A DNA stretch of 64,000 bases from positions 34,534,001 to 34,598,000 of the forward strand of contig CM022670.1 of the NCBI GenBank assembly GCA_012295275.1, read 5' to 3'. This stretch comes from Chrysomallon squamiferum (lineage: Eukaryota > Animalia > Mollusca). The notes beneath the pieces were generated by a model. It saw only the letters and a program-made list of their open reading frames with translations. It had not been told where the DNA came from and did no database searches. Shown piece by piece: positions 42,917-57,618 of this stretch (within the stretch, counting starts at the first letter, position 1; each line of letters opens with the position of its first letter). A program made the position numbers and the translations under genes.

Positions 42917-43557
42917 CTGTTTATTTATCTGTTTATCTGTCTGTCTGTTTTTCTGTCTATCTGTCTCTGTCTCTCTGTCTATTTATCTCTCTGTCTCTCT
43001 CTAGCTATTTCTTTATCCGACTGTCTGTTTTTCTGTCTATCTCTCTGTCCATTTATCTTTGTCTCTGTATATTTATCTCTCTCTGTCTCTAGCTGTCTGT
43101 TTATATATCTATCTATCTGTCTGTCTGTCTGTCTGTCTTTCTGTCTATCTGTCTCTGTCTCTCTGTCTATTTATCTCTCTCTCTAGCTATTTATATACCT
43201 ATCTGTCTGTCTTTCTCTCTATCTGTTTTTCTCTATTTATCTGTCTCTGGATATTTATCTATCTCTCTCTCTCTCTAGCTGTCTGTTTATATATCTATCT
43301 ATCTGTCTGTCTGTCTGTCTTTCTGTCTATCTGTCTCTGTCTCTCTCACTATTTATCTCTCTCTCTAGCTATTTATATATCTATCTGTCTGTCTTTCTCT
43401 CTATCTGTTTTTCTCTGTCTCTGTATATTTATCTCTCTCTCTCTCTCTAGCTGTCTGTTTATATATCTATCTGTCTGTCTGTCTTTCTGTCTATCTGTCT
43501 CTGTCTCTCTCTAGCTATTTATATATATCTGTCTGTCTTTCTCTCTGTCTCTCTCTG

Positions 43558-43650
<93 letters not shown>

Positions 43651-43665
43651 GTGTGTGTGTGTCTG
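42841..43665. repeat. Compound (CT)n/(CTGT)n/(CTAT)n microsatellite with higher-order repeats, bounded by pure (CT)n tracts
   Basis: Recurring CTCTCTAGCT...TTTATATATCTATC units between (CT)n at 42841-42910 and ~43562-43643. Confidence 0.9.
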
Positions 43666-44925
43666 TGTTTTTCAATCCATCCGTATCTGTGTTTCCCTAT
43701 ATCTCTAAAAATTAGTGTATGTATGCTAATGTTTTCTCTTATTACAACCGATCTGATAATAATAACAGGTTACTGTCACAGGATTTCGTATGAAGAAGAT
43801 GTTACAAAAAAATAATAAAAAAGTGAATAAACCAGGAAAAAGATGTACACTGATTGTAGTTTGAAGAGACGATGTTCAAGCATGATAAAACAGATAAGGA
43901 ACTAGTTCAGACAAGACGCTTTCTGATAATTATATTTCATTTTTACATGCAAATGAAATATACTTAACAAAATGTAAAATTAAATTCGTAAAAAAAAAAA
44001 GAATTTAAAAAAAGCATCTATTTTCCAGTTTAGAAGAAACAACCTTATTATAATTTTGTTATTTTTATGTTTTATTCCTGTATTATTTTATATGCTGTTA
44101 CTTAGGGATTTCATACCTGGGTAATCTCTACATATCGAGTTGTATTGACCAAAATGACCATTAACAGACCAATCGATTGTTTTGGTCGATTATGCAACAT
44201 TGCAAAACTCGCGATATATGTCTGCACATTAATTCAGAAGACTACGTGCGCCAGTGATTATTATGCGTGTGATCTACGTGTGTGTTATAGCTTTATAAAT
44301 ATGATTAAATTTTAAAAGTGTTATTAAAGCAATTTCCACTTTCATAAACAATTCATAAAATCAGTCGTCGCTTCATTTGATCAGACAGTATTCGGTATAG
44401 TAAGAAAATGCTAAAAGACCCCAAACCGTGCTATAGTCTGCTGAGATGGTCAACAAATATCGATCTAAACAGATTAAAGACGTATTTTCTCTCGCCGTAT
44501 TTATGTATTTTCTTTTCAGTTTGTGTACATTAAAGTTTGTGAGATCGCCATATGTAACCATACACAAATACAAAACAAAGGGAAACAAACAAAATATCCT
44601 GTACGTTAGAATACTGTTACTGTTTACCAAAGCTGAAGTTGGAAGCAGTTCACATTTCTGATAAGGAAATAAAATGAAAATTCTAATACACTTTGTCCAG
44701 TGTTTGCACAAATGTAAGCCAAGTACATGAAAACCGAGCCGACTTGAAAAAAAGTAAAATAAGAAATTGGATTTCAAGTATCATTTAACACGCTTTTGAA
44801 AAAGAGATCATTTAAGAAAATAATCACTTCTGCATATCTCACGGTAGTGTTTGATGTCCTTTGTATTGGAGAAAGGACCTATTAGTCTTTTAATCCTAAT
44901 AACAAGACGTACCAGGTACGTTCTG

Positions 44926-45245
44926 AATGAATGAATGGATATACATTTCTTTAATGATATCTCAAACACATCTGATTATTTATCGGTTATTAGGTAGGCC
45001 TATTAAACATACAGCTCTTCAATGACGATAATTTGAAAGAGAAATACTGTGCCACCATTACAAAGCCTACTCTTATCGGTTTAAACACAAACCTTCTTTT
45101 CAAAATGATACATTCAGCCTTCGATAAACCAATTTGGCACTATCTGGACAGGAAAATACCTCAAAAGCCCCACTAAAGAGGTTTGATCTAGCGATCTTTC
45201 GTGGCTTGGACAAGCACTTTTATATCACAGCCACTACCCAGCCCT
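44926..45245 (-). mobile_element. Degenerate tRNA-derived SINE (MetaSINE-like, molluscan)
   Basis: Reverse complement begins GGGCTGGGTAGTGGCTG (decayed A box) ... GATCAAACC (decayed B box), followed by a core resembling CCAG..AGTGC...TGGT.TATC.AAGGC.G, and ends in a (TTCA)n tail. Resemblance is from my recollection of gastropod SINE consensus, not a search. Confidence 0.6.
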
Positions 45246-45872
45246 TTATCATGTACACAAGTATGTACGAACTCACACACACGTTTTAACTAGTCCCTAC
45301 GTAAAATACTTCGACTTCATTGTAATAAAACTTTTCGAAAGGTATATCTGAAGATGATGAATGCATGGGTATTAATTTTCCTTCCTTTGTGTAAATGGAG
45401 GAGTTGTTTCTATTTTCTTGCTTTCTTTATTACTAAGACTGTTTCTTCCGAAAATAAAGAGTAACGTATCAAAATGAGACGAATTTGTGCACGTAATCTT
45501 TTGAATTAATTTTAAAACAGGAAGATTAGTTTTTAAGTCGCGCGCAGCCAGTGTTAACTCTTTGTAAACGGCCAGTAATTCACTCAGCCCAGCAGTGTAT
45601 GGAACCAGTATCCTTTCGCAAACACTGTAGACAAATTAACCCTTTTGATGATGGTAATAATTCTGCTTGTTCGCCTATGTTCAGAACACTGAGTTAGCCT
45701 CCTGTAATTTAATTAAGGTTTCGTGAGCAGGCCTACCTGGTTTTGAACGGTTTTTCTGTATATGGTTCTGTCACTGCGTATGTAATATGTGTATATAATT
45801 CTGTATGCGTGTGTGTTTGTTTGTGTGTGTGTGTGTGTGTGTGTGTGCGAGAGAAAGAAAAGAGAGAAAAAG

Positions 45873-45941
<69 letters not shown>

Positions 45942-46016
45942 ATAAAGAGTTAACAATTGTTTACTGGTATGAAAAACTACGGATAATAATAACGATGATG
46001 AAAATCAGCAGCAGCA

Positions 46017-46063
<47 letters not shown>

Positions 46064-47349
46064 AAAACTTTCTTCTGAAGGATCAGGAGTGTTACAAACG
46101 AAAATTAGCTTTTAATACAAACGCAGTTGTTATTTCTGGAAAGCTTATTGAATTTCCATGTTAGTGAATTACATCGATGATACTTAAGCTCTGAACGGAA
46201 ACCAGATCATTTATCTTTTCTTTTGTCTTTTAAAAGAGTTATTTTATGCTTGCGTGTCAGACTGAGAGCACTGCAGTTTATAAACAAAGGTTCATACAAA
46301 CACTCGATCGCTTTTATGCACATAGAAAGCAACACAACTGCAGGATTAAGAGCTTATTTCCATCATGTCAAAACTTACGAGCCTGTCTGCTTTTAGTTTA
46401 GCGAAATCTGAAAGTGTGTCCTCGTCTGCTGTGAAACAAAACAATCACACTGGAAGTCCCTGACACAGAATATACGAGAATGTCATTGTCTTTTCTTTCT
46501 CCAACTCCGTGTGTTTGTGTATATTTTTATTATTCTTTTTTTTTATATATTATTATTAAAATCTTTGCATATACACGTTATAACATTAAATAGAAATGTT
46601 TTCAGGTGTAAAATAAAAGAATGCTTCACTCATTATTATTATTATTTAATATTATTATTTTAAAATTAACCAAAAAAAAGAAAAAAAAAAAGAATGAAAA
46701 TAAAAATGTCCCCCTAACCCTCAAAAAAGCATAAACATAAGAAAATCTGTAAGTAAATAAATCAGTAAATAATGTCTTTATGTCGTATTATAGATTAAAC
46801 AATTTAAAACTTCAGAAAACGTGTAATTTTAATATTTTACTTCTCATAATAATTATAAATGTTTCAGTTTGTAATAAATTATGTTAATGACGACTCAAGC
46901 CGGTCAGACATTTTGCTCTTATTATTTAGGAGTCGAGAGGGGGGAACACACACACACACACACACATAAACACAAAAACAAACCCAGGTAAACATTACTT
47001 ATTAAGGTTATTGTATGTAATTATAATCAAATCGAAATATTTGTATTCTTTATTAACAATAAGTAGAAAATAAAACAATTTAATAAGTTTGTATGTAAAC
47101 AAATGAGAACTTTATGTTTGCATATTTTGTTTGTTGCAGAGGAACAAAGAGCAAAAGTATTAATTATCCACTTTCATTAGATATCGCTTGCTTTTCATGA
47201 AGAAGATATTAAAGATAAACTCTGCTGTAATAGCTAAATGTAATACCCATCAATTAGTAGCAAGAACGTACACACGGTTATCTTTGATAAATCAGTCATA
47301 GGCTGTGAAACTGATAATCATATTGTCAGAGACAAGTCAGCATCAGGTA

Positions 47350-47386
<37 letters not shown>

Positions 47387-47387
47387 C

Positions 47388-47491
<104 letters not shown>

Positions 47492-47529
47492 TCTAAACAC
47501 AAAATAACAAAATGACATAACAACCAATC

Positions 47530-47925
47530 ACTGTTAGATGTTTATATCATAACAAAGCAGAATCCTATTTACAAACAACAGCATTTCTGCTAATAGTATT
47601 ATAATATATATATATATATATATTTATCTATACACGTTTTTCACCACACTTTCTACCACAGTCATACAGAATATTTCTAGGAAGCACTGTGTAAGCTCTT
47701 TACACACATCATATATTATGCAGTGACACCATTTCAAGGTGAGACTTGAACAGAATACATGCAGATAACCAGACAGGCCTACTGATCTATAAATTAAATG
47801 ACAGTTTAATTAAAAAAACATTTTTTTAATACTTTCTATTTTGGTGAGGAGCGACACAAAACAGAATTAATTATTGAGGACGTGTTAAGAGATCAGTATG
47901 AATAAATATAAGAAATCTCTGCAGC

Positions 47926-47979
<54 letters not shown>

Positions 47980-49708
47980 TCAATAATAATAAATATAATT
48001 TATTTATTTAAAAAAGAAATCTTTCAACACTCTTTATATACTCAGTTACTTTTTCATGTTATAAAATTAAAACTGTTATAAATTGACAACATTATCTGAA
48101 ATACAGTTATTGCATAAAATTCAGGAGAATTAAACTAAACAAAATATTGTATTTGTTCAAGAAGAGAGAGACAAATGAATATGGGAAATAAAATACCTTA
48201 CAATTAATGAGTTAAAAAGTGCCTTAATTACTTGTGAAAACGACGAATAAAAAGAATACAATATTAAGCTGCTTTATCTCACATATGTTGGCAAATAAAT
48301 AATAAAACTTAAAAAATGTCTGGCAAAAGGAAAAAAGAAACATTTCTCTTTTTTTCTTTTAAAGATAACATTATTATTATTATTATTATTATTTTTTAAA
48401 TATTTTATAATAGGTTGCAGCTGCATTTTGTTATACATCTATTGCAATAACATGTATATATTATGGACACTGCTAAGACACAAAGCAGCTATATAAAGAT
48501 GAAATGATAGTGTTATTTTGCAGTTTTACATTAAAAACTGATGATCACTGATTTCATATACAACACAGCATATAAATAATATTCATGTGCATTTGAGATG
48601 TTAAATTTCTTACAGTTTAAATGGCAAATGATGGACAGTATACTCTGTACAAAAATAATTCAACATCTGGTTTACAGGAACAGGTAAAATATACTTCATA
48701 TATTAATTAATAATATCAATGTAAAATTTAAATGATAAGTGAAAGAAACAGAATTGAAAATTTGGATTTATAAATGAAATATGAAAATAAATGAGACGCA
48801 GCTTTTATAAAAATAAGCTAAGAACAAAAATAAAGAGACAACAACAATAAATATAATAAATGAAAAAATAATAAATTTTTTTAAATAAAACATGAAAAAT
48901 TTAATGAGAAAAGAAGTAAGAAAACTGTTTTGTATGATTATTTGTACAATCAATATTAAAAGTATTGATGAAAAATATAAAATTAATATGGTTTCTTTTA
49001 AGCTAAAGAAAATTTGGTAATATATTATTATTGAGAAACCTAATCTATTTACAAAGTATGAGACAAAAAAAAAAAAAACAAAAAACAACAAAAAAGAATC
49101 CCCAAAACACATGTTCAAAACAAAATAAATAAATATCAGTAAGCATATTAAGTACAGTAAAAAAAAAATGTATGGTCATGTTATGAATAAGCTCAATGTG
49201 AAAGAAAACAAGTTATCAAAAAATAAAAATAAACAAATAAATAAATAACAAATTCCAAAAATCCCCAACAAATTCATTTTAAAATTCAGAATTAAATTAA
49301 ATCTGCTTGACACATGTGAAAATAATTAACAGTAGATACATGATATTTTAGAAACATTTATAAAGTTTGTCATGTAATTTTGTTATTTTATTTATAATTT
49401 GTTGTATCACTGTTTCTTACCTATTGCTAATAAGCTATCCAGCCTGAGTCTTACACTTCAGAACAGAAAATAACCTCCCTTTAGGGACAATGGCTGTTTA
49501 CATTCAGGTTTGAATAACTAGTAAGTCTAAATAAATTGTTACATTTGTGTAATACAACTTGCTAAAGAATTGATTAAAAGTTAAGAATTAATATGCAAAT
49601 ATCTTGCAATTTTAGTATTAAGCAGAAATGTTTACATATTTATAAGCAGAGCATTTTATCTGTAACTATGTACAGCATTCAGAAATAATTATTTAACCAA
49701 TATATTTA

Positions 49709-49791
<83 letters not shown>

Positions 49792-50696
49792 AAAATAAAT
49801 AAAAAAATAACAAAAAAATAACAGTAACAATAAAAATTATGATGTGATAATTTGAGCTTTGGAAAACATCACAGCTTTGTTAAATTTACCCTCTCATTTA
49901 ACAGAAACAAAGAATATTGTTACAGTTATAAAAAAAATAAAAAATAAAATAAAAATAAAATAATAATAATAATAATAAAAAAGGACACATTAAATTTAAT
50001 AATTATAAAATAAAACTAAAAAACCCCAATGAATGTTGATGATGAATGAAGAAACAATTATCCTAGTATATATATATATATAAATCTGAACACTGTGAAA
50101 GAATAATAATTACAATCATTTAAAAAATGTACAAAGTATCACACAAATGTCTCAGTATATAAAAACATTTAACTTCATTACATTTTAACATTTATATTAT
50201 TTATTTCATAAAATTAATTTACCAATAGAATTATGATTTATTACAAAATATCTGATATACATTTTCTAACATTCGATGTGATGCATGGTATTGCAATACT
50301 GTTTTTAATATATTCTGTCTTATATTAGACTAAATCCAGCATGGACCTGTAACATATATCAGTAATAGTGATGATTTGTATTATATATTTGTCACACATC
50401 ATAAATAAAAACTGCTTATAAAATGTGACAATTAAACTTGTGACAATAAATGAGCAGAAGAGAATAATAATAATAATAATAATAATAACCCCACTTATAC
50501 ATTTGTGTTTATATATAGAACTTCTGAAGTGAATACTTGATTTCTGTATTTATCAACTTAACACTCTCAACTATTAACTCAGTCTGGATATGCTATGTGC
50601 TCTAACCACTCAGTATATTAAGTCCAATTTATTTTTATTTAAAGGTGACTGTACATTAACAAATATTAATAGGATTTAGTTACCTTAAACACACAC

Positions 50697-50755
<59 letters not shown>

Positions 50756-50978
50756 AAAAAAAAGACTGCAGTAATTTATGTTACTGTAATACATCTGAAA
50801 TCAGCAAAAAAACCACTATTAGATTAAAAAAGTATATTTAAATAAAAATACCATAGTGTAAAACATATAAAAGTTTCAGTATAAAATGAATAAATAAATA
50901 ATAAAAAAAAAAATCCTGAATCCAAAGCATTTGTAACACATCATATCTGTTTAAAGAAACAGTATTTAATATATATAA

Positions 50979-51018
<40 letters not shown>

Positions 51019-51993
51019 TATATGAAATATTTATACAATTAAATGTATAATTGACATAAAATTCTCCAAAAGTGAAGATAACTTAAAACACATGCCTGCT
51101 GACAAACCTGACAGTTTATAAACAGTTACCAATTTTAAAAAAATAGCCAAGGAATTATTTATTTATTATTATTATTTTTTAAAGTAAACATATTATCAGA
51201 ATGATTATGAAATACTTAAAATCTCCAAAATTATTTTCTGAAAAGAAATCTAAACAATCAGTGTAATATTTTCAAAAATTATTTTTGTTGAAATTTCATC
51301 ATGTATTAATATTTAAAAAAAAGTCTTAAAAGATTCCTTTGTAATATCATGTTTAAAATAATTTTATAAATTACAGAGACAAATTTATTTTTCTCTCCAG
51401 TTGCCATTTGTCCTCTCAGTATTAAAAAAAAAAAAAAAACAGCAAATAAAAATTCTACTATCGATTGCATAAATCAAAACAATGTAATATGATTATTTTA
51501 AATATAATAGTTTTGTAAGAAGTGATCTGATCTGATTTTCCATTTCATAAACACCACAATTAAACTATTAAAATGTTCTAAAGCACTTCATATTGCATCT
51601 GATGTTCACAACATAATGTTATGTACAATATAGACACTATATCAGATTACACAAAAACTATACGATAATAGTTTTATCTGCACCATAAACCAACCTTTCT
51701 GAACATTAAGCACCTTATAAATTAAAGGGTAGGGAAAACATTTTGATTTTAACAGTGTGTGGGGAATTTTTAAATACTATTACACTGACAACAATAATGG
51801 CAAGAAAAAGTACAGAAAATGACAGATTCAGACAATATAAAAAACACTTAACAATTAAAAAAATATCTTTCTATATATTCATAACAAGTCATATTTTAAA
51901 CATTACATTTAAAATGACTTTCTACTGCAGACAAATGCTGGTTATTGCAATTAAAGTATATGCCATTAACATGATAACAAACAATAAAAAAAA

Positions 51994-52025
<32 letters not shown>

Positions 52026-52181
52026 ATCATAATTATAAAGCAAAACAATTAAAAACAACAAAAAACTGAAACATTAAAAAATAATAAATTAGAAAAAAAC
52101 AAAACAAAATTAAAAATTAAAACAACAACAATGAAAACCCAAAGCTCCCCGAAACAAAAAAAAAAAAAAAAAACGTCCTCA
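47530..52181 (-). other. Probable long 3' UTR / transcribed tail of GAB
   Basis: No ORFs; AT-rich and CpG-depleted like the gene body down to ~47.5 kb, where CpGs reappear. The end point is inferred. Confidence 0.4.
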
Positions 52182-53345
52182 TTAAGCCATTTTCATCTGC
52201 CCATCTTTCCATTTCTTTGTGTTACTGAGTGCCTGAGTTTTAACAAAGTCTATTTCACGGTATTCGGTGGGCGTGGAGTGAGGCACGTGACCAGTGGTCG
52301 GCTGCTTGGCCTGAGGTTCTTGTGTGTATTCATCCAGAGCGAGGTCCAGATACTTGAGCTCTCTGTCTTCACCACTCCCTGGTGGCGGGGGTGGCACCGC
52401 CCTCATCTGTTTTGGTATCTGCAAAATAAAACAAAAACAACATGAAGAACTATCTAATGATAATTTTACATATAAGTCCTTTCCACAGATATTAAAAATG
52501 TCATGGGATATTGGTGAGGGAGGCTGGTGTCTCAAAGGGTGTGCACTACTATCCCTCACACAGAAAAAAATATCATGGAACACTGGTGGAAGAGGCAAAT
52601 TTCTGAATAGGTGTGTGTTCCAAACATATTGAAAAAAAAAAAAATCCCCAAACATGGCCTTTAAATACACCAGTCATAGGTCAGAGATGGTTTAGGTAGG
52701 GTGCAGTGTGCAAAAATGATTCTCCAACTCATCAAGTCATAAAAACCTGCATTCTAACCATTCTGTAATAATCAAGATTTTGTTACTACGAGAGTTAAAT
52801 GAATTTTAGCTTACGTGGACTCCATTGCAGCCATCCTCATCCTCGTCATCCGAACTGGAGAAAGTGTCGCGACGTGGAGGCATTGGAGATTTGGCTGTCA
52901 CTACTGGAATAGGCTGCCTTAAACTGAAAATATAACAATCAGCTTTAAACTGGAAAATTCTTCTTTGTTAAAATGATATATAAAAGATTCAATACATTTC
53001 TAATAATGTTTACTGAAATTTTCTTTTGTTTGACTGTCTTGCAAATGGATCTTCATAAATAAATAATGTCATGCAAAAAAAAAAAAAAATGTAAAAAGTA
53101 ACAAATTTAAGATAACAGAGGAAAATATTTTTAGTTTCGTTCTTCTTCCGTTTCAAGCTGTATTTGTTTCCGTTCATGTTATAACAATTCTTCCACTACC
53201 GGATATTTCTATCCTTTTTCCCTTTCCTTATTATTATAGCAACAGTTATAATACCTTGTGTCCTTAATTTTGTTTCTCTCATCATGTCTCTTGAAGCTCT
53301 TAGTGCGCTGTGAACTCCAGATCTGGTTCAGGTACGTGTCTGATT
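52182..53345 (-). CDS. GAB1: GAB last three exons 53345-53255, 52923-52815, 52418-52182
   Basis: ESDTYLNQIWSSQRTKSFKR... / LRQPIPVVTAKSPMPPRRDTFSSSDDEDED... / IPKQMRAVPPPPPGSGEDRELKYLDLALD...EYREIDFVKTQALSNTKKWKDGQMKMA*. Confidence 0.88.
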
Positions 53346-56300
53346 CTGAAAACAAACACCACAAATTATAAAGCAAGCAAAAACAAACAGAGGATGCAAA
53401 CAGTTTCAAAACCTTACAGGAAGCTTTGTTTGTCTTGGAGAAAGTTAAGTAAATACCTAATCAGTCCTGTAAAAATTTTCATTAAAACAATTTTTTTCTT
53501 ATTTTTTTGTTGTTGTTAAAAATGCAGCAAGTGGCAAAGAGAATCTAATTTAAAGATTTCATTTAAAAAACTAATATCTTCTGTAACCAATATATATTCT
53601 TAGCACCAAGGTTAATTTAACCTGAAGAAATAATATATTTATTCATCTTAAATGTTAAATACTTAAAATTATAGTACCTTTTATAACCATTTTAAACATA
53701 CATTACAACTCAGTTCATGATTATTTTAGTAGTAAATTGAAAATAGGATTCCATTAAAAAATATTAATCAGTACATTATCATTTCAATAATTTAAGCCCT
53801 TTATTATTAATTCACTGTAAATTTCTGTATTTATTTATTTATTTATTGCTAATAACTAATCAAAAACTCAAGAACTGAATAAACAAAATTATTATAGTTT
53901 TCTCTAATGGGGTCAGAAAAAAATAAACAAAAAAGATGAACACAAAACAACATTAAAAATACAAACAGTTCAACATTACATATTGTTTTCAAACAACACA
54001 CATGCTAAAAACTGTGAAACCCAATAAAAGTTATTCAGCATTCCATGGTAACTTGTAATAATAAATACTGTGAAATAAAATCACTTCTAAAGGACAAATA
54101 ATTAAACAAATTCATCTTCAGTGCAATTTCATGCAGGGAATTTTTATTTCGGTTTATTTCATGTTCAGTGTGTGGTTATGTGAACTTTATCAATTTGCAG
54201 AAACAAAAATAAACTGTATCTTAATAAACTAATCAATCGTTTTAAATGTCAGTTTGCCTTGTGTTACAGACTTATATAACAGTGAGTAGAGACTAAGGGC
54301 AATTTGACTACACCCCTCATTTCACAGGCATTTGGAGGTTACAATTATTTGTTATCTAACACACATTGTAAATATTCTAGTATTTTCCTATCAAAAAGTA
54401 GTTCATGCTGATATGCAGTTCAACAGCTGTGTCATACATTGTTTTCTACGTGACAAATACAGTATCTCCTAATACAGTGTGTGAAAAACAGAAATAAACA
54501 ATGTCATTTCTATCAACTGCAGATGTGGTGGCAAATAACATTTTGATATATTATGTATGTGTATAAAATATCTGCGAAAAAGTAGAATTAAAACAATATT
54601 ATTTCTTATTATTTCTATGAATAATAGCTGTGGATTGATTCACATGTACACCTCTCACTTTTATTAAATGATTCATAAAGTAAATGTCAGCTTTGTTTTG
54701 ATATCCAATATGAATATTTTGATTAAAGGTCAAATGATCCTGTGCCAAAAGGAGATCATGTGAAATAGTTTTTGTAAAACAAATCTGTCTGTCTGTCTGT
54801 CTCTATTGCGTTTTACAAGATATGAAAAAGCCAAATCAATATGATACTCAACAACATTTGTTTAACAACAAAAACAACTTGCAAATGAGTTACACATGAG
54901 TAAGTAGAGAACATTATCTTAAAACAAGTGTAATGAACAGAAAAGAAATCAGAACATATTACAATACCAAAATCATGCTTAACATGTCTTTTGACAGAAC
55001 TGCATGGATTCACTTGCCATATATAATTACACAAAAAAATAAACAGAGGGGAAAATTAAGGATTATGACAGTTTTTATACATGTTGAATACTCAACAGCA
55101 TCTGTTTAACAACAAAAAACAACTTGCAAATGAGATACACACGAGTAATTACAAAACATCTTAAAACAACGAACAGAAAAGAAATCAGAATATATTACAA
55201 TATGAAAATCAAGTTAACATGTGTTTAGACAAACTGCATGGATTCACCTGTCATATATAATACACTAAAGAAATAAACAGAGGAAAATGAAGGATTATGA
55301 CAATTTGCACACATGTAGAATACATCAGCATGCTTTAACTGACTACACTAACATGCTAACCAGTAACTCATACAGACCTGTCACTGAATAAGGTAATTTG
55401 TGAAAAAAGCCTGTCAAATTAAAATAAACAAATTCCGTTTTATTCATTAATTAACCAAGGTAATCATAATTTAAACAAGTCATTTATAATTATTTATATT
55501 ATCTGACTTAGAAATATTTAATTTTAATTGCAGCAATGTAAAAAACAAACCCTAATACAAACTAAGTCTCATTTTGTAACATGACTGGTCACACCTACCT
55601 GGGTTGGATGCTGTGATGGGTCTTGGACTTGAAGAAGAAACTCGCGGACCTTTACAAGCTGCAGGTGACATACCATTCGGATGATTCATGTCACTGTAGG
55701 TAGGATCGAGGGGTGGTCCGAACTCAGACCCGGGCGGAAGTCTCAGAACAGACATATCTGTGTACACTTCTTCTTGGTCTCCATCCATTGCAATGTACCC
55801 AGGCTGTATCACTCCCGATGCAGCATTTATGTAAGGATGGATATTTAAAGGTGTACACGGCTTTGGTGCCGGAGCCACTGAACTCAAGTCCAAAGTCTCA
55901 GATGTTTGATTGCTTGATTTGGGAATATCGTAGCTGTCCAACAGCAAAGGTTTTTCCAATGATTTGGGAGCTGCTGGAACAGCTGAAAGGTCCATGCCAT
56001 CAAAGGTTTTGCTTCCTGGTGGAATATTCTGATAAGCAGACGGAAGATGTGGTTTTGGAGGCCGTGGTGGAATTACAAGATTGTCATCTGTTGGCGGAAG
56101 AGTGTCATAAGTACTCTGTGGGGGAGTTGTCTGGCCCTCAGTTTTGGGTACGTGAGTTTTGCAGTTAGGACTTCCCCTTGGCACCCTTGGTGGTGGTATG
56201 TCATATGCCTGAGTTTGAGGCATTGTGCGGGTTTGTGGAGGCGTTTTGCCAGTCTTTTGAATACGAGGGGTCACAACATCATAAGGCTGAGGAACGTGAG

Positions 56301-57618
56301 GAGCGATGTCGTAAGGTTGTTGAATGTCATGTTTATGTCGAGGTGGTGGTGTGTCATAAGCAAGAGATGTGGAAGAGAGCGGGACATGGGGAGGTCTGGC
56401 AGGACCATCACTGTGCGGAGGAACATCGTAACACTGATCTTTGCTGTCAGTGAAATCAATTGTTCTAGAAGGAGGAACTTTATTCAAATCAGGGGCAACA
56501 GTATTCTTTTTAGGTGGAGGGAAGTCGTAGCTAAACACACTGTCGTTACCAACGTCATTGTCGTTGCTGTCATGCTTCATGTGTCCTGTTTTAACAGGAG
56601 GTGGAGGTGCCATTTCTTCTGGTACGCTGTCAACACTGACACTCCGCTCAAACGAAGGGGGCTGTTTCTTCTTCTGCGAGCCAGAATTGGACTCCCACAC
56701 AGGGATGTATGATGGTGATGATGGTGGGTTGCTTGGCGATGTTGGAGAATGAAGAGCTCGTTTAGACTGTGATCTGCTGGATGACCCTGGCTGCGTGGTG
56801 GTGACGTGATGAGGTGTTGTTGAAGTCTGCAGGTTTCCATTGGGAGTGTCATTACGTAATCCAGTCACAGACGAATCAGTGACTGGGTGGTTTTTCTTTG
56901 GTTCTGGTATGTCTGTTGCTGCAAAAGCACAATGAAACAAGTTGAAATAAAATATTTTTCTTACCATATGCATAATAAATTAATTCATTTCTGCTATCTG
57001 TAATCAAATATAAAAGCAACTGATTTTTAAAAATATACTAGTCAATGATACACAGGCTAAAGCTTTATTTAAAAGAAAAATTATGGTTGTCAATACATAT
57101 TTATTTTATTTTATTTTCATAAATAATATTTTCAAAAAAAAAAAAAAAAAAGAATCTATAAATGATATAACATTTGAATGAAAATCCCCACTATTTTCTT
57201 TTTATGTTAAGAAAAATGTAAGTCCATCTCACTCACCTACCAAGCAATTAACAAAATTATTATTATTAATTTTTTTTTTTTTTAAATCTAGAAACCAATG
57301 CACTACAAAACAACACTCACGATTATCTTCTTGTTTCAGTTCACACACACTACAGAGATTTCTGACCCATGATGTCATTTCTTCTTCGGAATCAGCTGAC
57401 AGGAAGTAGGTTCTGTCCTTGCCTCGACACACTGTCTTGATAGCGAGAAGATAGGGAAACTGCTCCGAGTCGAGAGATTCGATGATCTGCTCACATTGTT
57501 CCAAGTCTATCGTGCCTTTCTTCTTTGTACACACCTCATCATTGTAGTAATTCAACTCATACTGGCCAGGAAGGCTGCCAGATGGCTTGAAGAGCACGAA
57601 GAAACGTCGCTTCCATTT
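52182..57618 (-). CDS. GAB1: GRB2-associated-binding protein (Gab / Daughter of sevenless family); exons 57618-57321, 56918-55599, 53345-53255, 52923-52815, 52418-52182; first coding exon not found in the window
   Basis: PH domain KWKRRFFVL...YY..KKKGTIDLEQCEQ...RTYFLSADSEEEMTSWVRNLCSVC, typical of Gab/DOS. Pro-rich middle with PPRPPKP, YDxP and YxxM motifs. C-terminal SHP2/Corkscrew bis-tyrosine motifs ELKYLDL and TEYREIDFVKTQAL. Splice phases are consistent. Symbol is family-level; probably co-orthologous to the vertebrate GAB paralogues. Confidence 0.93.
54844..55329. repeat. ~243-bp tandem duplication (2 diverged copies) in a GAB intron
   Basis: ATACTCAACA.CAT.TGTTTAACAACAAAAA...AGGATTATGACA...ACATGT.GAATAC occurs at ~54844-55087 and again at ~55088-55329. 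Confidence 0.9.
55599..56918 (-). CDS. GAB1: GAB large Pro/Tyr-motif exon
   Basis: Within 473-aa ORF 55552-56973; ttgcag acceptor and CCAG|gtaggt donor. Confidence 0.92.
57321..57618 (-). CDS. GAB1: GAB PH-domain exon
   Basis: ttacag|AAATGGAAG ... AATC|gtgagt, within ORF 57229-57681. Confidence 0.93.

Noticed and set aside
39842-43514. Poly-Val, poly-Leu, poly-Cys and SLSL ORFs of 100-180 aa
   Set aside because: Trinucleotide and dinucleotide repeat artefacts with no domain signal.
45223-45233. TATCACAGCCA, matching the miR-2 family 5' end
   Set aside because: Only the seed region matches and it falls inside the SINE head.
55713-56852. Antisense and alternative-frame ORFs up to 221 aa over the large GAB exon
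   Set aside because: Shadow ORFs of a higher-GC Pro-rich coding exon; no recognisable product.
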